From an uncultured Chloroflexia bacterium (lineage in GTDB: Bacteria; Chloroflexota; Limnocylindria; Limnocylindrales; CSP1-4): DNA of 64,000 bases. Positions 29,701 to 38,090 of the stretch are shown piece by piece. A program made the position numbers and the translations under genes. The stretch lies in assembly GCA_963833285.1 (NCBI GenBank), contig CAWHXM010000005.1, forward strand, positions 675,448 through 739,447, in the 5' to 3' direction. Position 1 is the stretch's first letter. Every line of letters begins with the position of its first letter. The notes beneath the pieces are model-generated. The model was given only the letters and a program-made list of their open reading frames with translations, made no database searches and had not been told where the DNA came from.

Positions 29701-31280
29701 GCCTGGCCGTCCCCGGCGGTGTCGATCTGGGCGGCGAGGTGATCGATCGCGCCGTCCAGGACGGTCGTCCCGAGCTCGAGCGCCTCGCGCCAGCCACCGA
29801 TCAGGTCGAGGTAGACCTGGTCCGATTCGGAGCCGGTGATCCCGTCGTGATGGGCCCCGAAGAGCAGCTGCCGCCACGCCTTGTCGATCGCCTCGGTCGG
29901 GAACCGGGCGCCCGTCAGCGCGGCGATCGTGGCGAACTTCTCCGCGCCGAGCAACGTGTTCTCGGCGACCCGCTGCATCTGCTTGGTGTCGATGAACGAG
30001 ACGTCCTTGCCCGTGTAGATCGGGTTCATGTCGCGCGTCTGCGGGGAGAACGGGCGGCCCGTCGCGGCCTGCGCCGCACGCACGGCGTCGAAGTATTCGC
30101 GCGGGATCGCCATGGTGAACTTCGGCCAGACGTAGCGGCTGTTCCAGTCGCGCTGGATCGCGGAGACCCATTTGTTCGGCGGGGTGTAGTCCGTGCCGAC
30201 GGGCAGCATCACGTTCTTCGTCGCCGCAAGCGAGGCAAGTTCGGTGAACAGGCGGTGGACCTCGGCCTCGGCTGCCTCGAGCGTGGGGGCGGCATCCATC
30301 CACCAGCCGGCCGAATAGTGGTCGGCCATGAAGCTCGTGAGCAGCGTCCGCCCACTGGGCGCGATCCAGTCGAACTCCATCGGAAACTGCATCCGCGGCA
30401 CCTCGCCGGCCGCCAGCTCGGCGAAGGGGATGCGGCTCGGACCGCGGACCCAGTTGGGACCCCACTCGTGGAACGGACCACGCGCCCATGAGCTCGACGA
30501 CACCCCCGCATCCGCCATGATCCCGGGGAATTGCGGGTCGTGCCCGAACGCGTCGAGCTGCCACGCCGTGGCCGGAGCGCCGCCGAGCACGTCGCGCTGG
30601 TAGCCGATCCCGTAGATCGCGTTGCGGATGGTCGATTCGGCGCTCGTCAGGTTCGTGTTCGGCTCGTTGTACGTGCCGCCGACGAACTCGAGCCGGGCCT
30701 CGGCCAGGAGCTGCCGGACGTACGCGCGATCCTCGGGATAGGCGTCCCAGTACGGCTTGAGGTAGTCGAGCTCTGCGAGGACGAACTTGTAGTCGGGGTC
30801 GCGCCGGGCCATCTCGAGATGCGACTTGACGAGCGCGAGGCCGGGCTCCTGGAACGGCGAGCGGTACTGGATCGTCGCACCCCAGGTCTCGGTGTAGGCC
30901 GCCTGGGTGTTCCACCAGACCGGGTCGTAGTGGAAGTGGGAGACCATGTACATCCGCCAGCCGGGCTCCTCGACGGCGAGCTGGAAGGGCAGGCGCTGCG
31001 TCCGCTGGCCGTCCTCGACGACGACCTCGGCATCGAGCAGGTCGCCCGCGGCGGCCGGTGCGTCGACCGTCACGCCGACCTCGAGGCGTGCCTCCTCGCG
31101 ATCACCGAGCGGCCCGAGGCCGACCGAGGCCTCGCTCCGCACGTGCGCGCCCTCGATGCGCACCTGGGCGGGCGCGCTTGCGCCACCCTGCGTGCCGCGC
31201 AGGACGATGCGTACGACCTGGCGGGGAGCCGCCTCGGAGCCGATGAACAGGTTGGTCAATTCGACCGCGACGATGTCCAT
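26787..31280 (-). CDS. GH38 alpha-mannosidase with long C-terminal beta-sandwich (NEW3/CARDB-like) extension, 1497 aa
   Basis: YMVSHFHYDPVWWNTQ...LDAFGHDPQFP is the GH38 catalytic N-domain. One uninterrupted ORF. C-terminal segments such as ATLRVSLSNTAASEIRGEAQILSP resemble NEW3-type domains. Confidence 0.85.
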   Translation of the reverse strand: MDIVAVELTNLFIGSEAAPRQVVRIVLRGTQGGASAPAQVRIEGAHVRSEASVGLGPLGDREEARLEVGVTVDAPAAAGDLLDAEVVVEDGQRTQRLPFQLAVEEPGWRMYMVSHFHYDPVWWNTQAAYTETWGATIQYRSPFQEPGLALVKSHLEMARRDPDYKFVLAELDYLKPYWDAYPEDRAYVRQLLAEARLEFVGGTYNEPNTNLTSAESTIRNAIYGIGYQRDVLGGAPATAWQLDAFGHDPQFPGIMADAGVSSSSWARGPFHEWGPNWVRGPSRIPFAELAAGEVPRMQFPMEFDWIAPSGRTLLTSFMADHYSAGWWMDAAPTLEAAEAEVHRLFTELASLAATKNVMLPVGTDYTPPNKWVSAIQRDWNSRYVWPKFTMAIPREYFDAVRAAQAATGRPFSPQTRDMNPIYTGKDVSFIDTKQMQRVAENTLLGAEKFATIAALTGARFPTEAIDKAWRQLLFGAHHDGITGSESDQVYLDLIGGWREALELGTTVLDGAIDHLAAQIDTAGDGQAVTVFNALSWSRTDIARIEVDLPDDTSLGLELRDDAGGRVPFLLESADRREAGRPARATIAFLARDVPAVGYRTFHAVAVPGATPLGDAGWRPIDELAIENDTFALSVDPSRGGGIASLVDKRTGKQLIQPGEVVNELRSYREYPNHPLFAEGPWHLTPDGRFTSAIDFDTEVTVEVSPIGQRIRLHGPFDRSRREQEIRLWTGVERVELTTSLHDYDGHDRLFRLRFPAAIQGGAPVSETGNAVIGRPFGRPNVDVAEVPFTLDHPAYNWFALGATARVALGAPGAPVSEARAARAIGVAEVVVPDDPRQDAAVRALVIALVRQGVTSTVSRHDGHRYGVLHIDSNLPDVRLAIGQPDDNQFVAAVLDGAGPGYRAEFDRQLASTGRARLWVPGDGEAQRRAEPITDLRGARDLPVLIVAGVDADHTVAALDSLVADLEDGVIAVDQPAELDGATGTVEDYTVAILNRGMPSFNVEADGNLYLSIMRSCSGWPSGVWIDPPRRSTPDGANFQFQHWSHTFDYAVAAASGDWRDGGIVRAGHDFNNPLVARAFEAHPGRLPATASFVEIEPSSVVLTVLKPGGAPQSRMAGMELDPAQGIALRLYESSGRPTPATIRSRWPIVTAARTNLLEEHAAPMPGSGTTIEVRLEPYEIVTVAATLQATADSNSGTVDLAPRGEAAQPVFSDYWLHNKGAAPMGYQSVTVQIKPSFLGGEGPFDLPIVVASERTAGAAAGTVALIVPPGWQATPAERIYRLAPGADFAFDVSVRPAAGASPGRYFLAARIVDEAGQTHEDVVTVDYLPGGNGTAPKPADGERSAALGWAVERALSTAGIGLEPGTSSQAGTRHDRGGELEVELLDRGISAAPGGGATLRVSLSNTAASEIRGEAQILSPLETWTTIRPWTQGFTVEPGGRTILEFAAAPPRDVVVGTYWALVKVMYFGRVLYSESIPVTITAASAVGAPELVADAT

Positions 31281-31283
31281 CGC

Positions 31284-32213
31284 CTAGCTCCGGCCGGCCG
31301 CGGCCGACCCGGCCCCGACCCGTCCATCGACAGTGTCGCGCCAGGAGTGCGCCGGGTCATAGCCGAGCAGACGCCGTGCCTTGTCGATCGACAGCAGCGT
31401 GTCGAAGTCGCCGGTGCCCGGCCGTAGCGGGACCGACGGATAGACCTCGGCCATGAGCTCGCGGTTGGGGCGGTCCATGACCGTGTCGCCGGCCGCGATG
31501 ATGAATGCCTCGGCGCCGGTCAGGTCGGCGGTCAGGCTGAGACGGCAGGCCTGGGCGACATCTCGGGCGTCGATATAGCCCCACATGTTCCAGGCCCCCC
31601 GCAGCGGGTCGCTCCAGCCGTCACGGAAGGCGGCGTACTCGGCGGGCTCCCGGATGGCGGAGAAGCGCAACCCGATGAACGGGATGTGGCTCCACCGGGC
31701 GAACTGGCGGGCGATCTCTTCGCCCAGGACCTTGGTCAGCGCATAGCTCGAATGCGGACGCAACGGATGCTCCTCGTCGATCGGTGCATAGTCCGGTTCC
31801 GGGTGATGACCGGGCTCGGCAGCGGGGTCGAGCAGGTTGCGCGCCTCGCGATGCCCGAACGGCAGCCCGAGCACGGTCTCGCTCGAGGCCCAGACCACTC
31901 GCTCCAGCCCGAGCAGGGCGGCGGCACTGAAGACGTTGTAGGTGCTCAGGATGTTGATCTCGAACGTCCGCTCGACCGTCCGGATCCGCGGCGCCGGGAT
32001 GGCCGCGAGGTGGACGACCACGTCCGTGCCCCGCAGCGCCTCGATCGTCTCGCCGAGATCCGTCAGGTCCGCCCTCAGGAACGGCGCCTCGGTGGGGCTC
32101 GCCGGGACGACATCGACGTTCACGACCGCGTGACCGTGCTCGACGAGGTCGTGTACCACGGCGCGACCCGCCTTGCCGCTCCCGCCCGTCACCACGATCC
32201 TCGTCATCGTCAT
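31284..32213 (-). CDS. NAD-dependent epimerase/dehydratase (SDR)
   Basis: IVVTGGSGKAGRAVVHDL Rossmann motif and YALTK catalytic motif. Confidence 0.85.
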   Translation of the reverse strand: MTMTRIVVTGGSGKAGRAVVHDLVEHGHAVVNVDVVPASPTEAPFLRADLTDLGETIEALRGTDVVVHLAAIPAPRIRTVERTFEINILSTYNVFSAAALLGLERVVWASSETVLGLPFGHREARNLLDPAAEPGHHPEPDYAPIDEEHPLRPHSSYALTKVLGEEIARQFARWSHIPFIGLRFSAIREPAEYAAFRDGWSDPLRGAWNMWGYIDARDVAQACRLSLTADLTGAEAFIIAAGDTVMDRPNRELMAEVYPSVPLRPGTGDFDTLLSIDKARRLLGYDPAHSWRDTVDGRVGAGSAAAGRS

Positions 32214-32222
32214 CGCCTCCGG

Positions 32223-33051
32223 TCAGTGCCTGTGGCTCGGGAACCCGTGGACCGGATGCGCCGGGTGCTCGAACCCGGGCTCGATGACCGCGAGCGCCGA
32301 GCGGCGATCCTCGAGCCACGCCCCGAACACCCTGCTGCGCTCGACTCCCAGGAGCTCCGCTTCGATCGCCGGGCGAGCCTCGGCGAACGGAACGCACGAG
32401 GCCGGCGACACGGTCTCAACGCGCACGATATGCCAGCCGTGTTCCGTCCGGATCGGTCCGGTCACGCTGCCGACCTCGGCCGAGAAGATCGCGTCCTCGA
32501 GCGGCCCGCTGAACTCGCCGCGGTGGACGGCGCCGAGGTCGCCGCCACGCGTGCGACTTCCGGCGTCGATCGACACCGCCCAGGCGAGCTCGCTCATGTC
32601 CGCACCCCGGGCGAGGCGACGGACCGCGTCATGCGCGGCGGCCTCATCCGCGACCAGGATGTGGCGGATCCGACGCGCCTCGCGGCGTCGGAAGCGGTCG
32701 CCGTTGCGGACGTAGTAGGCGCGGACCTCGCGCCGGGTCACGGTCACATCCGCCGTCACCTTCTCGACCAGGCGACCGACGGCCGACGGCGTCAACTGGC
32801 CGTCCGTGACCGGGTCCGTCGACTCGGTCGGGGCGATGATCCCCGCGGCCTGCCCTTCGTGAAGCGAGGACCGCCTCGGTGACGAGCTCCTGGACGACCC
32901 AGCGACGGACCCCGGCGGACACCTGCCCGGCGTCCGGCGGCAGGTGTCGGCCACGCGGGCCGCGACGGACATCCGACATCCGCCGGTCGAGCCGCGCCAG
33001 CGAGATCGGCCGGCCGCCGACGACGGCCACCACGGGCGAGTCGTCGACCAT
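32223..33051 (-). pseudogene. Parvulin-type peptidyl-prolyl isomerase (PpiC-like) with one +1 frameshift near 32870
   Basis: The N-terminal part (MVDDSPVVAVVGGRPISLARLDRR...RWVVQELVTEAVLA) is in the frame of ORF 32644..33750. The rest (HEGQAAGII...RIRHILV...GGDLGAVHRGEFSGPLEDAIF...GPIRTEHGWHIVRVE) is in ORF 32223..32972. Removing one T from GCT-T-CAC rejoins them. Confidence 0.6.
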
Positions 33052-33053
33052 GG

Positions 33054-33992
33054 TCAACCCTTGACCCCACCCACCGTGATGCCCTCGACGAAGAACCGCT
33101 GGGCGAAGATGAAGACGAGGATGATCGGCAGCACGACCAGGCATGAGGCCGCCATCAGCAGGTTGTAGGCGACATCGTGCTCGCTGGTATAGAAAGCCAG
33201 CCCCACGGCCAGCGGGTACTTGGAGTTGTCCTGGAGGTAGAGCAGGGGCAGCAGGAACTCGTTCCAGGCACCGACCGCGGCAAAGATCGCGACGACCACG
33301 ATGGCCGGCTTGGTCAGCGGCAGGATGACCTTCCAGAACGTCTGGATCTCGGACGCGCCGTCCACCTTCGCCGCATCCGACAGCTCGCGTGGGATGCCCA
33401 GCATGAACTGGCGCATCAGGAAGATGTAGAAGGGGTTGGCGAAGAAGGCGGGCACGATCAGTGGCAGGAACGTGTCGACCCAGGATTTCGCCCCCTGGAT
33501 CCCGAACGAGGGCAGCCGGCTGAAGATGTCGAACAGCGCGACGAGGATGACCGGGTACGGCAGGAACAGGGTCGCGATGCAGACGTAGAACATCAAGTTC
33601 CGGCCGGGCCACTGGATCCGTGAGAAGCCGTAGGCCACGACAGTGTTCGACAGGACCGAGCCGATCGTGACCCCGACGGTGATGATGAACGAATTCAGGG
33701 CATACAACCCGAACGGGATGTAGTTGACCGCGTCGATGAAGTTCTGCCACACCCAGTCGCCGGGGACCAGCGCGGGCGGGAACGTCGTGAGCTCCCGGTT
33801 GGACTTGAGCGCGCTGACGAACATCCAGTAGAACGGCACGATGAACAAGATCGCCGCGGCGATGAGGACGACCCGCGGCAGGACCGACCCGGTCAGCCTC
33901 TTCCGGATCCGTGGGCGGCGCCTTGGGTTGACCTTGGCGATCGGGGGGGCCTCGGAGATCTGGGGGCCGTCGACAACGTCGGTGGTCGCCAT
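33054..33992 (-). CDS. Carbohydrate ABC transporter permease (MalG-like)
   Basis: EAA-loop region IPRELSDAAKVDGASEIQTFWKVILPL and 6 TM segments. Confidence 0.9.
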   Translation of the reverse strand: MATTDVVDGPQISEAPPIAKVNPRRRPRIRKRLTGSVLPRVVLIAAAILFIVPFYWMFVSALKSNRELTTFPPALVPGDWVWQNFIDAVNYIPFGLYALNSFIITVGVTIGSVLSNTVVAYGFSRIQWPGRNLMFYVCIATLFLPYPVILVALFDIFSRLPSFGIQGAKSWVDTFLPLIVPAFFANPFYIFLMRQFMLGIPRELSDAAKVDGASEIQTFWKVILPLTKPAIVVVAIFAAVGAWNEFLLPLLYLQDNSKYPLAVGLAFYTSEHDVAYNLLMAASCLVVLPIILVFIFAQRFFVEGITVGGVKG

Positions 33993-34946
33993 CTAGGCCT
34001 CCTCTCCGCCGTAGAACACCCAGCCCCGCGCCCAGCGGAACACGGCGAAGGCCAGGCCGAGGCTGACGACGAACATGACGACCGACATGGCGGCTGCATA
34101 GCCCATCTGGCCGAATTGGAAGGCCTGCTTGTAGAGATAGAAGACGTAGGTCAGCAGCGAGTTGTCGGCGCCCGCCGCGGTGGTCCCGCCGCCGGTCAGG
34201 ATGTAGGCCGAGGTGAACACCTGGAGCCCAAAGCTCAGCCCGATGATCAGGTCATAGAGGATGATCGGGGTCATCATCGGCAGCGTGATGCTGCGGAACT
34301 TGGCCCAGCCACCGGCGCCGTCGATCTCCGCCGATTCGTACAGCTCCATCGGGACGCCGCGGAGTCCGGCCAGGAAGACGAGCGCGAACTGGCCGGCGCC
34401 CAGTTGCGCGATCATCACCAGCGCGAGCTTGGTGTAGGCAGGATCGCCCAGCCAGTTCGGGGACGGCAATCCGACCGATGACAGGGCCCAGTTGATGAGC
34501 CCGTAGCCCGGGTTGAGCAGCACCACGAAGACGAACGAGATGGCGAAGACGGGCAGGATCGACGGCAGGTAGTAGATCCCCCGATAGACGGACACCTCGC
34601 GGACCTTGCGGTTCATCGCCATCGCGAGGCTCATCGCCACGACGACCCCGATCGGGACCGCCAGGAGCGTGTAGTAGAGCGTGTTATACGTGGCTTTGAG
34701 GAACAGCGGGTCGACGACCATCCGCTGGTAGTTCCCGATGCCGATGAAGACCGGCGGCAGGATCCCCGAGTAGCGGGTCAGGCTCAGGTAGAACGTGTAC
34801 AGGATCGGGAAGATCCCGAGCACGATGAACCCGAACAGCCAGGGGCTGATGAACAGCAGACCCCAGCGCAGGTTCCGGCGCTGGATCCTCGTCAGCCGGA
34901 AGCGGCGGAACCGGACCGGTTTGATGGCGGCGGGAGCAACGGCCAC
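33993..34946 (-). CDS. Carbohydrate ABC transporter permease (MalF-like)
   Basis: ELYESAEIDGAGGWAKFRSITLPMM EAA loop and 6 TM segments. Confidence 0.9.
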   Translation of the reverse strand: MAVAPAAIKPVRFRRFRLTRIQRRNLRWGLLFISPWLFGFIVLGIFPILYTFYLSLTRYSGILPPVFIGIGNYQRMVVDPLFLKATYNTLYYTLLAVPIGVVVAMSLAMAMNRKVREVSVYRGIYYLPSILPVFAISFVFVVLLNPGYGLINWALSSVGLPSPNWLGDPAYTKLALVMIAQLGAGQFALVFLAGLRGVPMELYESAEIDGAGGWAKFRSITLPMMTPIILYDLIIGLSFGLQVFTSAYILTGGGTTAAGADNSLLTYVFYLYKQAFQFGQMGYAAAMSVVMFVVSLGLAFAVFRWARGWVFYGGEEA

Positions 34947-35024
34947 GTCATGCCTCGCTGCGCCGTGAAGTGGAGGGTCGCGGGGACCGGAGGAGGCCGA
35001 TCCCCGCGACGTGCCGCTAGAAGC

Positions 35025-36491
35025 CTAGCAGCCTACTGTGGCCAGCTGTGGTTGGACTGCGTCCTCGACCTCCTTGAGGGCGGCCGCGGGCGTCTTGGTG
35101 TTGAGCTCGACCGAGCCCTGGGCACTGGTCAGCGCGTCCCAGTACGCGGCGCCCACTGCGAGCGGCGGCCGGCTCTTGGCCGTGGGCAGGAGCTTGAGGA
35201 ACACCGCGTGCTGCGCGTCATACAGGCTCGAGTCGGCCAGCAGGGCGTTCAGCGTCGGGAGGTGGGTCGAATCCTTCGTGTACACCTTCTGGCCGTCCGG
35301 GCCGGCGATGTACTGCATGAACTTGACCGCCTGGTCGGCGGCCTGGGAGTTGGGGATGAGCGCCATCGACCAGCCACCGGCCCACGTCGAGGTCGGATCG
35401 CCTGCCTTCGGCACGGGAATGTAGGTGAAGGCGTAATGGCCCGTCGGGGCGTACTTGGCCTGCTCGGCGATGCGCCAGTCACCGCTGATCGTCATGCCCA
35501 GCTTGCCTGTCCAGAACGGGTTCTGGGCGGCCGGCGGGTTCGGGGGCAGGTTGGTGGTGACCCACCGGCTGACGGCCTGCGGATCGTGGGCCTTGGCCCA
35601 GTCGTACATGAATTGATAGCCCGCGACCACGCCAGGATCCTGCGGCGTGACCTTGCAGGCCGTCAGGTCGGCGAACTTGCCGCCGTAGTCGAAGCCCCAG
35701 GTGTAGTGCCAGCCCTGGTCGAAGGCGCCCGCGTTGCCGCCGGCTCCGGGACCGCCCGGCATCCAGCCCATGGTCGTGTAGTTGCCGCTGGCGTCCTTCT
35801 TGTTGATGGCGTCCGCGATCTTGACCACGGTGTCGATCGTCGGCGCGCCCTTCGTGATGTCGAGCTGCGCGGGATCCTGCCCGGCGGCCTTGATCAGGTC
35901 GATGTTGTACCAGAGAGCCCGTGCGTCGGTATCGAACGGCAGGGCATAGGTCTTGCCCTTGTACTGGGTCTCCGCCCACGCGAACGGGAGGTACTGGCTT
36001 GCCGTGCCCGCAACGGCGTCGGGCAGCGGGGCCAGCACGCCCTCGGCGGCGCGCTGCGGGACAGTGAACCGGTCGGCCATGTAGACATCAGGCGCCACAC
36101 CGCCACGGATCGAGGTCAGCAGCTTCGCGACATTGGTCTCAGCGCCCGGCACGATCGTCATCTTGACGCAGATGTCCGGGTTGGCGGCGTTGAACGCTTC
36201 GACGATCTTGGCGAGCACGTCCGAATCGGGCGGCCTATGGCTCGTCCAGAACTTGACTACCTTCGCCGAGGCCGCGCAGGCGGCCCCCGTGATGGCGGAT
36301 GGCTCGGCGCTGGCGCCCGCCGCTTGCGATGCGCTGGCCGCCGCGGAGGCCGGCGCGGAGGCCGGCGCGACGGATGCCGGCGTACCGCTGGACGCTGATG
36401 GGCTTGAGGCGCTCGAACTGCAGGCGGCAAGGACAACGACCATCGTCGCTGCCAGTGCCGCCCAGCGGGATCGTCCGCGTACCGGACTCAT
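35025..36491 (-). CDS. ABC transporter substrate-binding lipoprotein (family 1, sugar)
   Basis: Lipobox VVLAACSSS followed by a low-complexity linker and an SBP_bac_1-like body. Confidence 0.9.
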   Translation of the reverse strand: MSPVRGRSRWAALAATMVVVLAACSSSASSPSASSGTPASVAPASAPASAAASASQAAGASAEPSAITGAACAASAKVVKFWTSHRPPDSDVLAKIVEAFNAANPDICVKMTIVPGAETNVAKLLTSIRGGVAPDVYMADRFTVPQRAAEGVLAPLPDAVAGTASQYLPFAWAETQYKGKTYALPFDTDARALWYNIDLIKAAGQDPAQLDITKGAPTIDTVVKIADAINKKDASGNYTTMGWMPGGPGAGGNAGAFDQGWHYTWGFDYGGKFADLTACKVTPQDPGVVAGYQFMYDWAKAHDPQAVSRWVTTNLPPNPPAAQNPFWTGKLGMTISGDWRIAEQAKYAPTGHYAFTYIPVPKAGDPTSTWAGGWSMALIPNSQAADQAVKFMQYIAGPDGQKVYTKDSTHLPTLNALLADSSLYDAQHAVFLKLLPTAKSRPPLAVGAAYWDALTSAQGSVELNTKTPAAALKEVEDAVQPQLATVGC

Positions 36492-36850
36492 GGCTCCTCC
36501 TCCTGGGTTCTAACCTCGCCTCGACCCCGTGTTTCGGGGCCGACCGCAGCGCCCGGCCGACCGTCGGAGCCTGCGAGCCGATAGCCCTCTCCCGCTCGGC
36601 TCTACGGATCCGGGTGGCTCGACTGAACGCCGTGGGGCGCGTTGAGCGGCGCGCATTGCTCTCCTCTGGCGCCGGGGCCAGTCCGACCCCGTGTCGGACC
36701 ACGCCCACCCGCTGTATAGCCCATCGCAACTCGACTCGTCAAGCGAAAAGATCAACGTTGTCAATGACCGGTCAGGGGTCTGACATGAAGCTGAAACGAG
36801 CGCGTTCCCGCATTGACGCGCATGTATCGCCGACCCACAATCGGCGCACG

Positions 36851-37909
36851 ATGTCAAGGTCGACGAACGGCAGCAAGAGACCGGCGAGCGACGATCGTCG
36901 ACCCACGATGCACGATGTCGCCGACCTGGCAGGCGTCAGCCTCAAGACCGTGTCGCGCGTCTTCAACCGCGAGCCGAACGTCCGTCCCGCCGTCCGGGCA
37001 CGGGTGGAGGGCGCGGCGGTCAGTCTGGGGTTCCGACGGAACATCGTGGCGAAGAACCTGCGGACGGGGTCGCCCACCTCGAGCGTCGGGCTGGTCATCG
37101 CCGACCTGCTCAATCCGTTCTACGCGGCGATCGCGATGGCGGTCCAAGCCATCGCCAACCGGCACTCGGCCACCATGATCCTCGGCAGCTCGGCCGAGGA
37201 CGTCCTCCGCGAGCAGCAGATCGTGACCGACCTCCTGGAGGGGCACGTCGACGGGCTCATCGTCGTCCCGACGGGTGGTGACCACAGCTACCTCGAACCG
37301 CAGCGTCGGCTTGGCGTCCACGTCGTCTTCGTGGACCGTCCGGCGAGCGGCATCGATGCCGACGCGGTCGTCCTCGACAACGTCGGCGGAGCCCGACGGG
37401 CGACCCGTCACCTGCTGGACCTCGGCCATCGTCGGATCGGATTCGTCGGCGACCTTGAGATCCTGGCGACGGCACAGGAGCGCCTGGCGGGCTATCGGCT
37501 CGCGCTCGACGAGGCCGGGGTGGCGTTCGATCCGGCCCTCGTTCGGTTCGGTGCTCCGCGGGCCGAGTTGGCCGAGGTCGTCGCCCGGCAGTTGCTGGCG
37601 ATCGACGACCCACCGACCGCCATCTTCGCCGAGAACAATCGCAGCTGCATCGGGGTCATCCGGGCCCTGAGCGCCATCGGCCGGCCGGTCGGTCTGGTCG
37701 GCTTCGACGACTTCGAGCTCGCCGACCTGCTCGCTTCACCCGTGACCGTCGTGGGCTACGACCCGGGCGAGCTCGGCCGGGCCGGCGCCGAGCTGCTGTT
37801 CGCGAGGATGGGCGGCGATCTGCGGCCACCGCAACGCATCGTCATCCCGACGCGGCTGATCGTTCGCGGTTCGGGCGAGCTGCGACGCGAGCTCGCCGTC
37901 CACTATTGA
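36851..37909 (+). CDS. LacI family transcriptional regulator
   Basis: MHDVADLAGVSLKTVSRVFN HTH plus a periplasmic-binding-like core. Alternative starts at 36785 and 36908. Divergent from the sugar ABC operon. Confidence 0.85.
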   Translation: MSRSTNGSKRPASDDRRPTMHDVADLAGVSLKTVSRVFNREPNVRPAVRARVEGAAVSLGFRRNIVAKNLRTGSPTSSVGLVIADLLNPFYAAIAMAVQAIANRHSATMILGSSAEDVLREQQIVTDLLEGHVDGLIVVPTGGDHSYLEPQRRLGVHVVFVDRPASGIDADAVVLDNVGGARRATRHLLDLGHRRIGFVGDLEILATAQERLAGYRLALDEAGVAFDPALVRFGAPRAELAEVVARQLLAIDDPPTAIFAENNRSCIGVIRALSAIGRPVGLVGFDDFELADLLASPVTVVGYDPGELGRAGAELLFARMGGDLRPPQRIVIPTRLIVRGSGELRRELAVHY

Positions 37910-38090
37910 GCGACGATCACCCCTGACCGGATGGACCCGCCGCGGCGTCCACCTCATCGGCGATGCGACGCCGCCAGGGCGTCCAGGTCGTCGGGGTCGA
38001 GCCCGTCGGGCGGGACCTCCGAGAGCCCTGGCCCGCGCGGCGTTGGTAGATCGGGTCGCTGTCGGCCGTCTCCTCGCTCCTTCGCTCGCG

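Noticed and set aside
36521-36700. Short direct repeat CGACCCCGTGT occurring twice in the SBP/LacI intergenic region, as a possible riboswitch or REP element.
   Set aside because: There are only 11 nt and two copies, with no conserved secondary structure that I could fold.
36753-36760. CAACGTTG as a LacI operator between lacI and the sugar ABC operon.
   Set aside because: It is only an 8-bp palindrome and the flanks do not extend the symmetry. That is too weak to call.
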